In this document: positions 18,783 to 29,171 of the stretch, one piece after another
How positions within the stretch are numbered: position 1 is the first letter of the stretch
Layout: each line of letters starts with the position of its first letter
Source: a virus
Lineage: Duplodnaviria; Caudoviricetes
Virus record (IMG/VR): IMGVR_UViG_3300010370_000050
Span: 1 to 54,190 of that record
Strand: one strand, 5' to 3'
Length of the DNA stretch: 54,190 bases
Made by a program: the position numbers and the translations under genes
Notes under the pieces: generated by a model
Told to the model about the DNA's origin: nothing
The model's database searches: none
What the model saw: the letters and a program-made list of their open reading frames with translations, nothing else

Positions 18783-21700
18783 ATGCCGTTCGCCCTCACC
18801 CCAAGCAAGGGTAAGCCGATCGATCTGTACGGCGATGACGTCAAGATCTTCAAGACCAGTGAAGAAGCTGGTTCGGAAGTCAGGTCAGGTTTGTACCGGT
18901 CGCCTTTTGCGGATCCACTCGAACAAGAGAAGTCCCGTCTTGGGATCGGTGAACGCATCGATGCCGGTGTCTCTGCGCTTGGCGAGAGGATGTTTGGAAA
19001 GCCAGAGGTCAACCCTGCTGACGTCAACCAGGCTGGGCTTCAGTCTGTTGCTGCTCGTAATGCGGAGATTGATCGACGTGCTGCCGCATACCGTGCGGAG
19101 ATTGAGCAGAGGAACGGTCTCGAGAGAGCGATTGGTGCAGTCGTTGACCCGATTGCCGCCGGTATCGCGAACACCGTAGGTGGCGTTGCTGGGTACGCAG
19201 GGCGCAAGTTCGGCATCCAGTCTCTTCAAGATATCGAGATGAAGGCTGCGGCTGATGCCAAGGCCCTCATGGGAAACGACCCTAACCTGGCACAGAAGGT
19301 TCTCCAGGGTGTTGGATCTGCTGGTGCCGGTGTAGCTACGGCAATTCCTGCCGCTATTGGTGCCATGTATGCAGGTGCTCCGCTAGGCGTAGCGACCACC
19401 ATTGGTGCCCTTGCTTCTACCGCGGTTAACCAATCTGGTGTAGCTCAGGAAGCCTATCGCGGTGCCATGGAGGCGACCGGCAACGAGAAGGTTGCTGATG
19501 TCCGTGGAGATACGGCTGCTGCTGCAACCATGATCCCGAACTTCTTCCTCGATAAGTTCGGTGTGAAGCTTGGACTTGGTGCTGCTGCTGGTACCTCGAT
19601 GACCGCAAGAGCAGGTCGCGTCACTGGAGCTGGTCTCCTTGAAGGAGCGCAAGAAGGTTTCGTTGAGCAACCTGCAATCAACATCGCTTCATATCGTCCT
19701 GCTGGTGAGGGTGTTGCTGAATCCGCTTTGGTCGGTGGTCTTTCCGGGGCTGCAGTTCGTGGTGCCCAAGAGATCGGAATGCGTGGTGGTCAGCAGCAAC
19801 AAGATCCCCTGGCCAATCTCCCTGAACAGAACATCGATCAAGTTGTTCCTGGTTCTCAAGCTCGAGCAGCTCAGGAACCTGGCAAGCCCTTGCCTGATGT
19901 CTTTGTGGTCACGCCTGATGGCACAGCCATTCCTGCTCAGGACTTTTCCGCGGAAGCCTATGACCGTTACAAGCGGTCTCAGCAAGGCGATCCAGTCCCC
20001 CTGCTTGGGTTCTCTCAGCCTGAAGGCAACCGTCGCTTCCTGCTCACGGATCAGCGCAGTGGCGAACAGATCGTTGTTCTTCCTGATGGCACAGCAATCC
20101 CACGTTCCGAGTTCAACCAGGCTGAGTACGACTCGCTCGTTTCTGCTCGTGATGACCGGATCCAACGCGGTCTTCTTCTTGCCTACAGCCCAGAATCTGA
20201 CAGGCCATTCTTCGTAGCACCGGATGGAAGTGCCTTCCGCTCCTACGTGGACTATCGCTCTCATGTTGCTGAGCTCGCACAGAACACCGAAGACCAGCGC
20301 ATGGCAGCGCTTGCCGCCCAGAAGACCCCTCGTGTTCGCCTGAATGAACTAGAGACCACAGACAATGCATCTGTACTTGTATTCGACAAAGGTCGTAATG
20401 GGGTTCTAGGGACCATTCAGCCTGGTGCCAAGACCGTCGAGATCGATGGCACTCGTGTCCCGATCACCAAGTCCATGACCTTTATCCCGGTGGAAGAGAA
20501 GATCCTCCGTACCCGGGAAGAGATCCGTGCTGAGAACAGCCCTGCTTTTGACGTGCAGCTCCCGATGGACTTCGCATTCCAGGGCGCACCGAAAGCTGAT
20601 GGCTCGGTCACTGGTACGGTCAAGCAGGTTAGCTACGGTCTTTCGCTGGTTGCTGACCCAGAGATCCCTGGCCGTCTGCGCCCTGTACGGCACACTGACG
20701 TACTGATCAACGGGAAGATGGTTCGCCTACCAGGAACCCTGTCCCAAGAAGCCGTAGGTCAGAAGCTGCGTATTTCGACCGCTAAGGGCTCCGATGGCGT
20801 TCGGTATGGTATTGAGTCAACCCAGCTTCAAAAGCCCGTTGTAGCCCGTTCTGGCAAGCCTCAGGCCCTTCCTAACGTCAGTACTTCTCAACAAGCCCCT
20901 GCACTTCCGTCGGCAACCCAAGAAACTCAGCCGGTCACCGAGGCTCAAGCCCCAGCTCCGATCGTTAAGACCGTCAAGAAGACTCCTTCCAGGGCGATTG
21001 CCACTGGGGTTCAGCCACTGAACTACCAAGACGGGACTCGTGGTGCCATGGTCCGCATGGACAACGGCAGCGCGATTGAAATCCAGGAACAGGGCAAGCA
21101 GTGGGTAGACACCACTGGCCAGGTGCTTGGTAACAATCTTGAGCAAGCAGTCCAAGCTGTCCAGACTCGTGAGCGCAAGGGAGGTGAAGTTGCTCAGACA
21201 ACCAACGAACGCCTTGAGACCGTCAGCCAACAACAAGCCGGTACTCCGACGGAACCCGAAGCCGCGACTAAAGCTAAGCAGATATCCAAAGGAAAGCGAA
21301 ATGCCACTCAAAAAGGGAAGCAGCAACAAGACAATCAGCAGCAACGTCAAGAAGATCGTGGACGAGTGGAAACAGGACGGGACGATCGGCAACAGCAAAC
21401 CGAAGAACAAGGCAAAAGCAGTGCAACAAGCGGTAGCGATCGCCCTGCAAAAAGCAAGGAAGAAATAAAGAAGGAACGCCTTGAGCGGATCAACGCTGCT
21501 CAACGTGCAAAGAACCCTGACTACGGCAAGAAGATTGGTGACGTCACGGTTGCTGCCTTCAAGCGTATCTCTGCCCGTATTGAAGACACCTGGAACGCAT
21601 TCGTTCGTGCGCTTGACGGTATGGCTCGTGCAGCAGAACAACGCGATGACGGTGCTCGTACTGGTCGTGACACCGAAGAAGCTACGGTTGTTCGCTCTAC

Positions 21701-24700
21701 TCAGCGCCTTGATACAGCGTTGCGTGAAGTCTTTGGCAATGACGCAGAGATTGCTCGCCTTCGTCTACAGCAGAACGAGAATGCAGCGAACCTTGTGCGC
21801 GAGAAGCTCGAGAGCGGAAAGCTTGCTGTTCCTGGCAACGTAGACCGCGGTGTCTTGAAAGCGCTTGAGCCTACCGAGTTGCTCGAGAAGCTTGGCACTG
21901 GAAGGACTGAGCTCGAGGCACGGATGCAAAGCCTGATTGAACTGGCTTCACGTACGAACCCAACGCCTCTGATGCAAGCAGTCATCCGCTCCAAGACCAA
22001 AGACATCCAGGCATCGATCGCTCGGTACAAGGGAATCCCTGAAGACCAGCGTCAACAGGCCTTTGATGATCTTCGTCAGTTAGCCACAGCAAGAAGCAAT
22101 ATCCGAAATCAGACACCGGAAGTTGCGGAGTCCAAGAAAGCTAGAGCTGTTGAGCAAGACAAGGACCAGAACAATCAGATGGCCCTAGCTTTACAGCGAG
22201 CTTTTACCGGCGAATCTGAAAAGCCCATGGATCCTCGTGACCTTCGGGACACGATGAAGAACGGTCCGGTCAAAGATGTCCCCACAACCAAAGAGATCTC
22301 GGAAGCTCGTGAGCTCTATGACGAGAACCGTGCTGAGAACCAGCCGACCTTCGATCGCTTCGTGAAGGACGAGCCTCTGCTTGCTGCAGCTTGGATTGAC
22401 GCAGTCAACTCAAGCCCTTCCTACGCATCGATTGCCTACTTCGATGAACTTCAGGCTCGTTACAGCAAAAACCAACGTGCCACCAAGAGCAATGAGAAGG
22501 TGGCAGAGAACAGGATTGCTGCAGTCGAAGGCGCGAAGAACGACGTCATCACTGACCGTTACCTTGCGATCGTCAAGAAGTCCCTGTCTAAGGCTGACAA
22601 CCAGGTTCTCAATGACGTCTATGGGGATGCCAAGCAAAGCACCCTGAGGTCTGGCTTCGCTAAGGATCTGCTTGCCTTCTACAACGGCGAGAAGGTTGAT
22701 CCCAAGGTTGAGGCGATCATCAAGAAGGTTGACAAGGTCATCAAGGCTGCTGATATCCCCTCCATGCCGAGGACTCGTGAAGAGTTCTGGGGTGGGGACA
22801 TCGATAACCAGTTCTTTGACGCTGATCTTTCCGGTCGGCTTGAGACCACCAACGATATCCGTGACGTCCTCGAGTTCATCTATCGCGCCTCTCCAAATGC
22901 AGACATGCGTTCCCTGGCGAAACAGTTGATGGACGCTGGGGTGCAGGGTGATATTCGGATGGCGGACCAGAAAGATAATCCTGACGGTCGTGCCGCTGAT
23001 TCGAACCACTTCTTGCAGCGCATTCGTCTGTTTGGAGATGTGGACCTCGAACACAACATAATGCACGAGGCTGTCCACCTTGCAACGATGAACGGCTTAT
23101 TGCAGCGTACCCCTGCTGCTCGAGCCCTTGAGAAGCTCTATGAGCAGATCAACAAGAACGCTGATGCGAAACCCTATGGACTGAAGAACGTCAAGGAATT
23201 CGTTGCTGAACTCAAGAGCAACCCTGACTTCCAAGAGTTCTTAGCCAAGCAGCCTGGTGGCGGATTCTTCCGGACCATGTTTGACCGTGTGGTCAACGCT
23301 GTGCGTCGTGTCATTGGTCTTGAGCCTCGTGACAACAGCGCTCTGAAACGGGCAATGATGCTGTCAGACCAGCTCATCAAGGAAGACCGTGAGCTCACCG
23401 CTAAGGGTTCGATCGCGATGGGTGAGGATGTTGCTGCCCACTACAGCCGTCCTGTTGAGGTCTATGCCTACGACAAGAACGGTGACGTGGTGGGCCTTGC
23501 TCAAATGGATCCGTCATCTGGCGATTGGCGGGTGTTCTTATCTCAAAGTGGAGATATTCGGAAGACCTCCAACTACACAACTCAGCTCTTCAACAAGACT
23601 GATGATGCGATCAAAGCTATGCGTGGTCCTGGCATCCGTCTGGTCCGTCGCAAGGACTCTCCAGCTCGTGGATCTGTATCACCTGGTGATATGGTTGAGA
23701 TCTCCACTGACGTCGTACCGTCGAACAAGATCTCTGCTGCAATCGATGCAGCCCTTGGGAAGATGGGTATCCGTCCGGACAATGTCCGTCGCCTGATCAC
23801 GGATAGCGAGATCGACATTCGGTCGGTGATCGACAACCTCCGTAAAGAAGGCCATGCAGTTGGATCGGATCTTGACTTCTATGCTGCTCTAACACGCACA
23901 CCTGGTGCTACAGGTGCAGCGCTGGATAAGTTCAACCGCCAGTTTGTTGAGCCCCTTGAGAAGACCTATGCCGCACTCATGAAGAAGGGTGTGACTGCCA
24001 AGGAGATCAACCAGTACCTAACCGCCAAGCATGCTGAGGAGCGCAATGACGTAATCGCTCAGCGCAATCCTGCTATGCCTGATGGTGGATCTGGGATGAC
24101 TACGGCAGACGCTCGAGCTCTTCTTCAAAGCTTTGCCGGTCGGTCCTATGCGGCTGACCTCGATGCCCTCAGCAAGATCTTTGAGGACATGTCTGACTTC
24201 AAGGTCAAGCTCATGCAAGACAAGGGGCTGATCGACTCGAAGACTGCAGCCTCATTGAAGAAGTACAAGAACTACGTGAACCTTCGTGGCTTGGATGAAG
24301 ACCCTGAGGAAATTCACGCAGCAGTAGGCATTGCCAAGAAACCTGGTCCTGCATTGAAGACCGCCAAGGGTCGTTCTACAGAGGCAGCAAACATCATCCA
24401 GAACACGATCCTGGATGCCGAGGCTGTGATCCTCAAGGCTTATCAGAACGAGGCAAGGCAGTCCCTCTTAAAGCTTGCAGAGAAGTTCCCTGACCCTGAC
24501 TTCTGGGTCGTGGCTCCGATCAAATCCCGGATGGTCATCGACAAGAAGACCGGCAATGTCCGGTTTGCTGGTGACCCCACCCTGGCTAACAGCGTCCACT
24601 CTGCTGAGATCTTCGTGGATGGTGAGCTGGTCCGGGTTGAGATGAAGGACGCTCACTTTGCAACCGCGGTGAATAAAGCAGCAGACAAGCTACCAGATGT

Positions 24701-26390
24701 TGTGGATAAGGTGGCTAAAGTCTTGGCTGCATATAACCGGTGGAAGGCAATGCTGCTCACTCAGTTGAATCCTGAATGGGCAATCACCAACGCCTTCCGT
24801 GATGCCGGTGCTGCGATCGCCAACGTCAAGGTGGATGAGGCTGAAAAGCAGATCCCACAGGAAACCCTGAAAGAAGCTGCCAAGTCCTACGCCTCTTCCA
24901 TGCGCGAGATGTTTAAGTACGTCCGTGATCCTGATAACGCACCTGGTGCAGTGGCTTCAAAGATCCGTCGCTTCGAGGAGCTCGGTGGAACCACCAAGTT
25001 CTTCGGGCTAAACGACATCGAGCAGAAGCTCAACAAGTTCCGTGACCTAGAAGCCAAGGCTCAGAACAAGGGCGTTCGTGGCAAGGCACTGAACCTGATC
25101 GAGAAGAGCAAGGTTGGGAATCTGCTTGACGTGATCATGGATCTGAACTCCACCGTGGAGATGCTGCCCAGGTTCGCTGCCTTCGATGCACTAACCAAGC
25201 TCGGGGTTGATGATCAAACCGCTGCCACCTACGCCAAGAACCTGAACGTCAACTTCAATCGCCGCGGTGAGCTGGGTTGGCTGTCCAATGTCTACCTGTT
25301 CTTCAATGCTGCGGTGCAGGGTAACGTCCGTACCGTGAAGGCTTTGGGTACCAAGACTGGTGGCGCGATCGCAGGTGGTCTCTTTGTAGCTGGGTTGATC
25401 GAAGCAGCAATCGGTCACGCCCTGGATGACGATGAGAACGACAACGGAAAGCCCGACATCGAGGAGCTCTCTGACTACGACCGCAACACCAACATCGTGA
25501 TCCCAGTGGGTGGCAACAACTACTTCAAGATCCCGCTTCCGTATGGCTTTAACGCCATAAAGGCTGCAGGTTCCCACATGGGGGATTCGATCTGGGGTAC
25601 CAAGTCTCCGGTCAAAGCAGCATGGGCAACGCTTCGTGCGTTCTCTGATGCCTATAACCCGATCGGTGCTGGAGATTCATCCAGTGCTGCGAACACTGCG
25701 ATCAAGATGATCTCGCCTGAGATTACCGATCCGATCGTGGAGTACGCCTTAAACGAGAACCGCTACGGTGCCCCGATCAGGAAAGAGAACCGACCAGGGA
25801 TGCCGTCTTTGCCTGACTCCGAGCTCTACTTTGACTCGGTCTCTGGGGTCTCGAAGGCTGTGAGCTCGTTCCTGAACAGCGCGACTGGTGGCAACAAGTT
25901 TGTCTCTGGTGCGATCGACATCAACCCTGCAGCGATTGACCAGTTCTTTGGGGCGATCCTCCCGGGTACCCCGTCAGTCGTAACGCGTGGCGTTAATACC
26001 GCGGTGAAGGCTGCGACCAGTGAGGCAGAGATCGAGATCCGTGAGATCCCGTTTGTCCGTCGAGTCCTCACCGAACCGGCCAAGGCTTCGACCTACAAGG
26101 ATTACTCCGAGGTCAAGGCGCTGATCGACCAGCTCAAGAACATCGACAACAACGGTGTCCGTGAGCAGCGTCAGAAGCTCAAGGAGTTCCCGGGATGGAG
26201 AGGGGTAGAAGCTCAGCTCGATGCCGCAGAGAGCGTCCGGAAAGACTTGGTCACCAGGAAGCAGTCAATCCGCAACGGTGACGTCAAGGTGGCGGACAAG
26301 GACCTCGAGATCCAGAAGATCGATGAGAAGATCCTCAAGCTCGAGAACCGTGTCCTGAAGCGCTACAACGCGGTCTCAGACGCCTGGTAA
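18783..26390 (+). CDS. Large polyvalent/ejection protein with zincin-like motif and LPD38-like C-terminus
   Basis: 2535 aa; HEAVH (HExxH); C-terminal VNFNRRG...YLFFNAAVQG...KIPLPYGFN. Confidence 0.75.
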   Translation: MPFALTPSKGKPIDLYGDDVKIFKTSEEAGSEVRSGLYRSPFADPLEQEKSRLGIGERIDAGVSALGERMFGKPEVNPADVNQAGLQSVAARNAEIDRRAAAYRAEIEQRNGLERAIGAVVDPIAAGIANTVGGVAGYAGRKFGIQSLQDIEMKAAADAKALMGNDPNLAQKVLQGVGSAGAGVATAIPAAIGAMYAGAPLGVATTIGALASTAVNQSGVAQEAYRGAMEATGNEKVADVRGDTAAAATMIPNFFLDKFGVKLGLGAAAGTSMTARAGRVTGAGLLEGAQEGFVEQPAINIASYRPAGEGVAESALVGGLSGAAVRGAQEIGMRGGQQQQDPLANLPEQNIDQVVPGSQARAAQEPGKPLPDVFVVTPDGTAIPAQDFSAEAYDRYKRSQQGDPVPLLGFSQPEGNRRFLLTDQRSGEQIVVLPDGTAIPRSEFNQAEYDSLVSARDDRIQRGLLLAYSPESDRPFFVAPDGSAFRSYVDYRSHVAELAQNTEDQRMAALAAQKTPRVRLNELETTDNASVLVFDKGRNGVLGTIQPGAKTVEIDGTRVPITKSMTFIPVEEKILRTREEIRAENSPAFDVQLPMDFAFQGAPKADGSVTGTVKQVSYGLSLVADPEIPGRLRPVRHTDVLINGKMVRLPGTLSQEAVGQKLRISTAKGSDGVRYGIESTQLQKPVVARSGKPQALPNVSTSQQAPALPSATQETQPVTEAQAPAPIVKTVKKTPSRAIATGVQPLNYQDGTRGAMVRMDNGSAIEIQEQGKQWVDTTGQVLGNNLEQAVQAVQTRERKGGEVAQTTNERLETVSQQQAGTPTEPEAATKAKQISKGKRNATQKGKQQQDNQQQRQEDRGRVETGRDDRQQQTEEQGKSSATSGSDRPAKSKEEIKKERLERINAAQRAKNPDYGKKIGDVTVAAFKRISARIEDTWNAFVRALDGMARAAEQRDDGARTGRDTEEATVVRSTQRLDTALREVFGNDAEIARLRLQQNENAANLVREKLESGKLAVPGNVDRGVLKALEPTELLEKLGTGRTELEARMQSLIELASRTNPTPLMQAVIRSKTKDIQASIARYKGIPEDQRQQAFDDLRQLATARSNIRNQTPEVAESKKARAVEQDKDQNNQMALALQRAFTGESEKPMDPRDLRDTMKNGPVKDVPTTKEISEARELYDENRAENQPTFDRFVKDEPLLAAAWIDAVNSSPSYASIAYFDELQARYSKNQRATKSNEKVAENRIAAVEGAKNDVITDRYLAIVKKSLSKADNQVLNDVYGDAKQSTLRSGFAKDLLAFYNGEKVDPKVEAIIKKVDKVIKAADIPSMPRTREEFWGGDIDNQFFDADLSGRLETTNDIRDVLEFIYRASPNADMRSLAKQLMDAGVQGDIRMADQKDNPDGRAADSNHFLQRIRLFGDVDLEHNIMHEAVHLATMNGLLQRTPAARALEKLYEQINKNADAKPYGLKNVKEFVAELKSNPDFQEFLAKQPGGGFFRTMFDRVVNAVRRVIGLEPRDNSALKRAMMLSDQLIKEDRELTAKGSIAMGEDVAAHYSRPVEVYAYDKNGDVVGLAQMDPSSGDWRVFLSQSGDIRKTSNYTTQLFNKTDDAIKAMRGPGIRLVRRKDSPARGSVSPGDMVEISTDVVPSNKISAAIDAALGKMGIRPDNVRRLITDSEIDIRSVIDNLRKEGHAVGSDLDFYAALTRTPGATGAALDKFNRQFVEPLEKTYAALMKKGVTAKEINQYLTAKHAEERNDVIAQRNPAMPDGGSGMTTADARALLQSFAGRSYAADLDALSKIFEDMSDFKVKLMQDKGLIDSKTAASLKKYKNYVNLRGLDEDPEEIHAAVGIAKKPGPALKTAKGRSTEAANIIQNTILDAEAVILKAYQNEARQSLLKLAEKFPDPDFWVVAPIKSRMVIDKKTGNVRFAGDPTLANSVHSAEIFVDGELVRVEMKDAHFATAVNKAADKLPDVVDKVAKVLAAYNRWKAMLLTQLNPEWAITNAFRDAGAAIANVKVDEAEKQIPQETLKEAAKSYASSMREMFKYVRDPDNAPGAVASKIRRFEELGGTTKFFGLNDIEQKLNKFRDLEAKAQNKGVRGKALNLIEKSKVGNLLDVIMDLNSTVEMLPRFAAFDALTKLGVDDQTAATYAKNLNVNFNRRGELGWLSNVYLFFNAAVQGNVRTVKALGTKTGGAIAGGLFVAGLIEAAIGHALDDDENDNGKPDIEELSDYDRNTNIVIPVGGNNYFKIPLPYGFNAIKAAGSHMGDSIWGTKSPVKAAWATLRAFSDAYNPIGAGDSSSAANTAIKMISPEITDPIVEYALNENRYGAPIRKENRPGMPSLPDSELYFDSVSGVSKAVSSFLNSATGGNKFVSGAIDINPAAIDQFFGAILPGTPSVVTRGVNTAVKAATSEAEIEIREIPFVRRVLTEPAKASTYKDYSEVKALIDQLKNIDNNGVREQRQKLKEFPGWRGVEAQLDAAESVRKDLVTRKQSIRNGDVKVADKDLEIQKIDEKILKLENRVLKRYNAVSDAW
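21301..21468 (+). CDS. Nested out-of-frame small basic protein (55 aa)
   Basis: AAGGA RBS; MPLKKGSSNKTISSNVKKIVDEWKQDGTIGNSKPKNKAKAVQQAVAIALQKARKK. Confidence 0.72.
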   Translation: MPLKKGSSNKTISSNVKKIVDEWKQDGTIGNSKPKNKAKAVQQAVAIALQKARKK

Positions 26391-26648
26391 TCAGGCACCC
26401 TGAACGTCATTACTCGGAGCCCAAGGATGCAGCGGGATGTCACTCTCGCTCGTCCTTGAGTGCAACAGCATCCCATTGGGCATATGGGTCATGAACGCGA
26501 TCGGCTCAGGCCTGTTGGCCAAAGCTTTGCGCAGTGCAGCAATCGCCTCCTCTTCTTTGCCGTACTGAAGGGGCCAATCTCTAGGACAAGTCCCCGTCCC
26601 CTCAAGCGCATGTAGCGCCATCTGAGCTGCCTTCCTCAGGTCATTCAT
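26391..26648 (-). CDS. Hypothetical protein
   Basis: MNDLRKAAQMALHALE...EPIAF, a nin-region-like small ORF; GGAGG RBS. Confidence 0.6.
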   Translation of the reverse strand: MNDLRKAAQMALHALEGTGTCPRDWPLQYGKEEEAIAALRKALANRPEPIAFMTHMPNGMLLHSRTSESDIPLHPWAPSNDVQGA

Positions 26649-26892
26649 GGTCCGCCTCCCTCACCATGTAGTCGAATTTCAGGGCCTCAATACCACCCAC
26701 CATCTCGCAGTAGTTGTCATGCGGCATGAAACAGGTCACCCGTAGCCCATCGGACCTGAACCCCACTCCACAAAACGACTGCAACACCCCACTCTTTGCG
26801 TCCGCCAGGATGTCCTCGAGCATCTCGACCAAGGATTCATTCGGGCTTCCGTCGTTTACCTGTACCCCAGGCAGGGCCTTCACGTTACTCAC
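26641..26892 (-). CDS. Hypothetical protein
   Basis: Likely GTG start (MSNVKALPG) overlapping the upstream stop. Confidence 0.6.
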   Translation of the reverse strand: MSNVKALPGVQVNDGSPNESLVEMLEDILADAKSGVLQSFCGVGFRSDGLRVTCFMPHDNYCEMVGGIEALKFDYMVREADHE

Positions 26893-27008
26893 TTCGCCTC
26901 GCTTGCACGGACCATCAGGTACAGCGGAAGTACGCACACATACGTAGCCCACCACCCAAGCCCAGCGTCGAAGTGATACAGAAGGAACGCCGTCAACAAT
27001 GCAGTCAT
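26889..27008 (-). CDS. Small membrane protein (39 aa)
   Basis: Read by hand: GAGGA RBS; MTALLTAFLLYHFDAGLGWWATYVCVLPLYLMVRASEAK. Confidence 0.55.
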   Translation of the reverse strand: MTALLTAFLLYHFDAGLGWWATYVCVLPLYLMVRASEAK

Positions 27009-27023
27009 CGTTCTTCCTCGCTA

Positions 27024-27140
27024 TGACGTAAACCTGCCGTCGGACGACATAGGACTACGTCGGATCCAGGACCAATTAGTTCAACCGCTTACGCCGCTAC
27101 AACTTTCAGTTCAGGACGGCTTTGGCGTAAACCTGCCGCA
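27024..27140. other. Probable attP region with arm-type sites
   Basis: 13-bp direct repeat CGTAAACCTGCCG at 27027-27039 and 27126-27138, spanning the int 3' end. Confidence 0.55.
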
Positions 27141-28141
27141 AGAACTGTGTCCACCGCGGAAGCTGATTTCGTCAGCGCAGACAGGTCGGCCTTCGCATAG
27201 CGCCGCACCATCTTTTCCGACTTCCAACCCCCGAGATCCTGGATGTCCGCCAGGGAGATGCCGTTGTTCCTGAGCATCGAGGCCCATGTGTGGCGGTTGT
27301 CGTGCCACCGATAGTCCTCAATCCCTGCGCGTTGCAGTGCTTTCCTCCAGGATCCGGTGTTCACCTGCCCTACCGGATTGCCTTGATACGTGAACACGTA
27401 GTCTTCGTGCCTCCCGATTTGGGAGCTCAGAATTTCACGGGCCATTTCTGACAAAGGAAGCACCAACTCACGCTTGCCCTTGAACTGAGAGGCTGGGATC
27501 CTGATCACACGAGACTGCATATCCACCCACTCCCACCGCAGCTTGATCACGTTCGCCTGACGTAACCCAGTTGAGAGCGCGAACATGAACATTGCCCTTT
27601 GATGCTCGGGCAATTCCCCCATCAGCGCCTTCACCTCGGCAACAGACAGGCTGCGTGACCGCTCACGGTCTGACTCATCGAACTGCTTGAAGCGAGTCGG
27701 GGGATTCTTCAGCCACCCCCAGCTATCCGATGCCCGATACAACAGGGAACGGATGGCTGACAGATACCGGTTGGCTGTGGCCTTGGTGGTCTCCTTGGCC
27801 TTCTCATACACCCCAGACATCACCTCACCCTTCGTGACAGCGGACAGGTTCTTACCCTTGAACTTCGTCCCCCACCACTCGAGTTGCCGTTTGTAGTCAC
27901 GCAAACTGCGGTGACCTTCTACTTCCAGCTCCAGCAGAAAACGATTGACCGCTTCTTCCCAGGTGAACTCCTTGGCTCGGCCTAGCCTCACCTCGTCCCA
28001 CAACCGTGCCTTGAGCTTGTCGTGGTACTCCTGAGCTTTCTTGCGATCCGTCGTCTTCGTGCTGTGCCGGACCCTCTTCCCGTCAGGGCCTGTGATATCC
28101 ACCCACAGGTTGACGGACCCTTTAACCGCAATGACGGCCAT
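27089..28141 (-). CDS. int: Tyrosine integrase
   Basis: TGLRQAN (R), HDNRHTWAS (HxxR), LGGWKS..MVRRYA (W/Y). Confidence 0.95.
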   Translation of the reverse strand: MAVIAVKGSVNLWVDITGPDGKRVRHSTKTTDRKKAQEYHDKLKARLWDEVRLGRAKEFTWEEAVNRFLLELEVEGHRSLRDYKRQLEWWGTKFKGKNLSAVTKGEVMSGVYEKAKETTKATANRYLSAIRSLLYRASDSWGWLKNPPTRFKQFDESDRERSRSLSVAEVKALMGELPEHQRAMFMFALSTGLRQANVIKLRWEWVDMQSRVIRIPASQFKGKRELVLPLSEMAREILSSQIGRHEDYVFTYQGNPVGQVNTGSWRKALQRAGIEDYRWHDNRHTWASMLRNNGISLADIQDLGGWKSEKMVRRYAKADLSALTKSASAVDTVLAAGLRQSRPELKVVAA

Positions 28142-28356
28142 TACGCCTCCACTGCCGGTCGCTCGGAAGTTTGAGCGTACTGACTTTGGATGAAGGTCTC
28201 AAGGTCAGCTCGCATAATCCGCCACCGGCCATTGGCCCCAATGCGGAAGGCTGGGATCTTCCCCTCCCGGGCCCAACGACGGACGGTTTCGTAAGCCATA
28301 CCCAGCATCTCTGCGGCTTCGTAGAGATCCAAGGTCTGGCGATTCACATCACCCAT
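28141..28356 (-). CDS. xis: Excisionase-like HTH protein
   Basis: LDLYEAAEMLGMAYETVRRWAREGKIPAFRIG..WRI; abuts int. Confidence 0.85.
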   Translation of the reverse strand: MGDVNRQTLDLYEAAEMLGMAYETVRRWAREGKIPAFRIGANGRWRIMRADLETFIQSQYAQTSERPAVEA

Positions 28357-28750
28357 TGCTCTGCTCCATAACAAGTTGGATCAGGTTCGGTGAGCTCCAT
28401 CCCTCCGGCTTCAAGATCTTGCCGTCTTCGCGACGACGCACCTTGCCGGTTTTCGGATCCACCTTCGCCATGTTCGAACGTTGAACCTCATCCCACAGTG
28501 GCTGCGGGTCTATGCCCATCGCATGCATTGCACCGATGGAGACATAGATGATGTCGAGCAAGGCGTCACACACATAGGCCACCTCAGAGACGTGATTCCC
28601 ATTGACGCTTGGGAACCCGCCTTCACGAGTAGCTGCATGCAACTCGCTCACCTCTTCATCAACAAGGCTCAGGTACATGAGGACCAGGTCCCGTGAGGGC
28701 TTCTGGTCACACGCATCCATGAAAGCCTTCTGTTCCTTGAAGACACTCAT
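28349..28750 (-). CDS. MazG-like/PRA-PH nucleotide pyrophosphohydrolase
   Basis: EEVSEL, DALLDIIYV, EVQRSNMAK, DGKILKPEGW. Confidence 0.88.
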   Translation of the reverse strand: MSVFKEQKAFMDACDQKPSRDLVLMYLSLVDEEVSELHAATREGGFPSVNGNHVSEVAYVCDALLDIIYVSIGAMHAMGIDPQPLWDEVQRSNMAKVDPKTGKVRRREDGKILKPEGWSSPNLIQLVMEQSNG

Positions 28751-28959
28751 GCCGCTTCCTGGAACATGTCTTCCTGTTCGTGAGAAGTCTCTTGCACCTT
28801 GACGCCAACGCTCAGCAGATCGACCAGGTCGTCTTGCGTTGCGACTTCCACTGCCATCGTCGCTCGAGCAACGTGGCTTAGGGCTTGATGACGGTTAGCT
28901 GCACGGACCAGGTGGTTGCTGCCAACGCCTGTGTTAACAACGTAGATACGCTTTTTCAT
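28747..28959 (-). CDS. Hypothetical protein
   Basis: RIYVV...LVRAANRHQALSHVA; overlaps both neighbours. Confidence 0.65.
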   Translation of the reverse strand: MKKRIYVVNTGVGSNHLVRAANRHQALSHVARATMAVEVATQDDLVDLLSVGVKVQETSHEQEDMFQEAA

Positions 28960-29171
28960 TTGAACTTCCTCATAGTTGCAGGTTTTGGGGGACGTCCCCT
29001 GGGTTTAGAAACTTTTGTCTTGAGACTCACGATCTCTTGGTCGAGGTGAACAATCCGCTGCGTGAGTCCCTTGATTAGGTCACGAAGCGCATGAACTTCT
29101 CTCGTGAGCTGGTCGTACTTGCTTGGGCCGAAGAGACTCATTGCAGCCCTTTCGTCCATAAGCGTGGCCAC
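28956..29171 (-). CDS. Coiled-coil protein with AT-hook
   Basis: KPRGRPPK; start uncertain. Confidence 0.5.
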   Translation of the reverse strand: MATLMDERAAMSLFGPSKYDQLTREVHALRDLIKGLTQRIVHLDQEIVSLKTKVSKPRGRPPKPATMRKFK

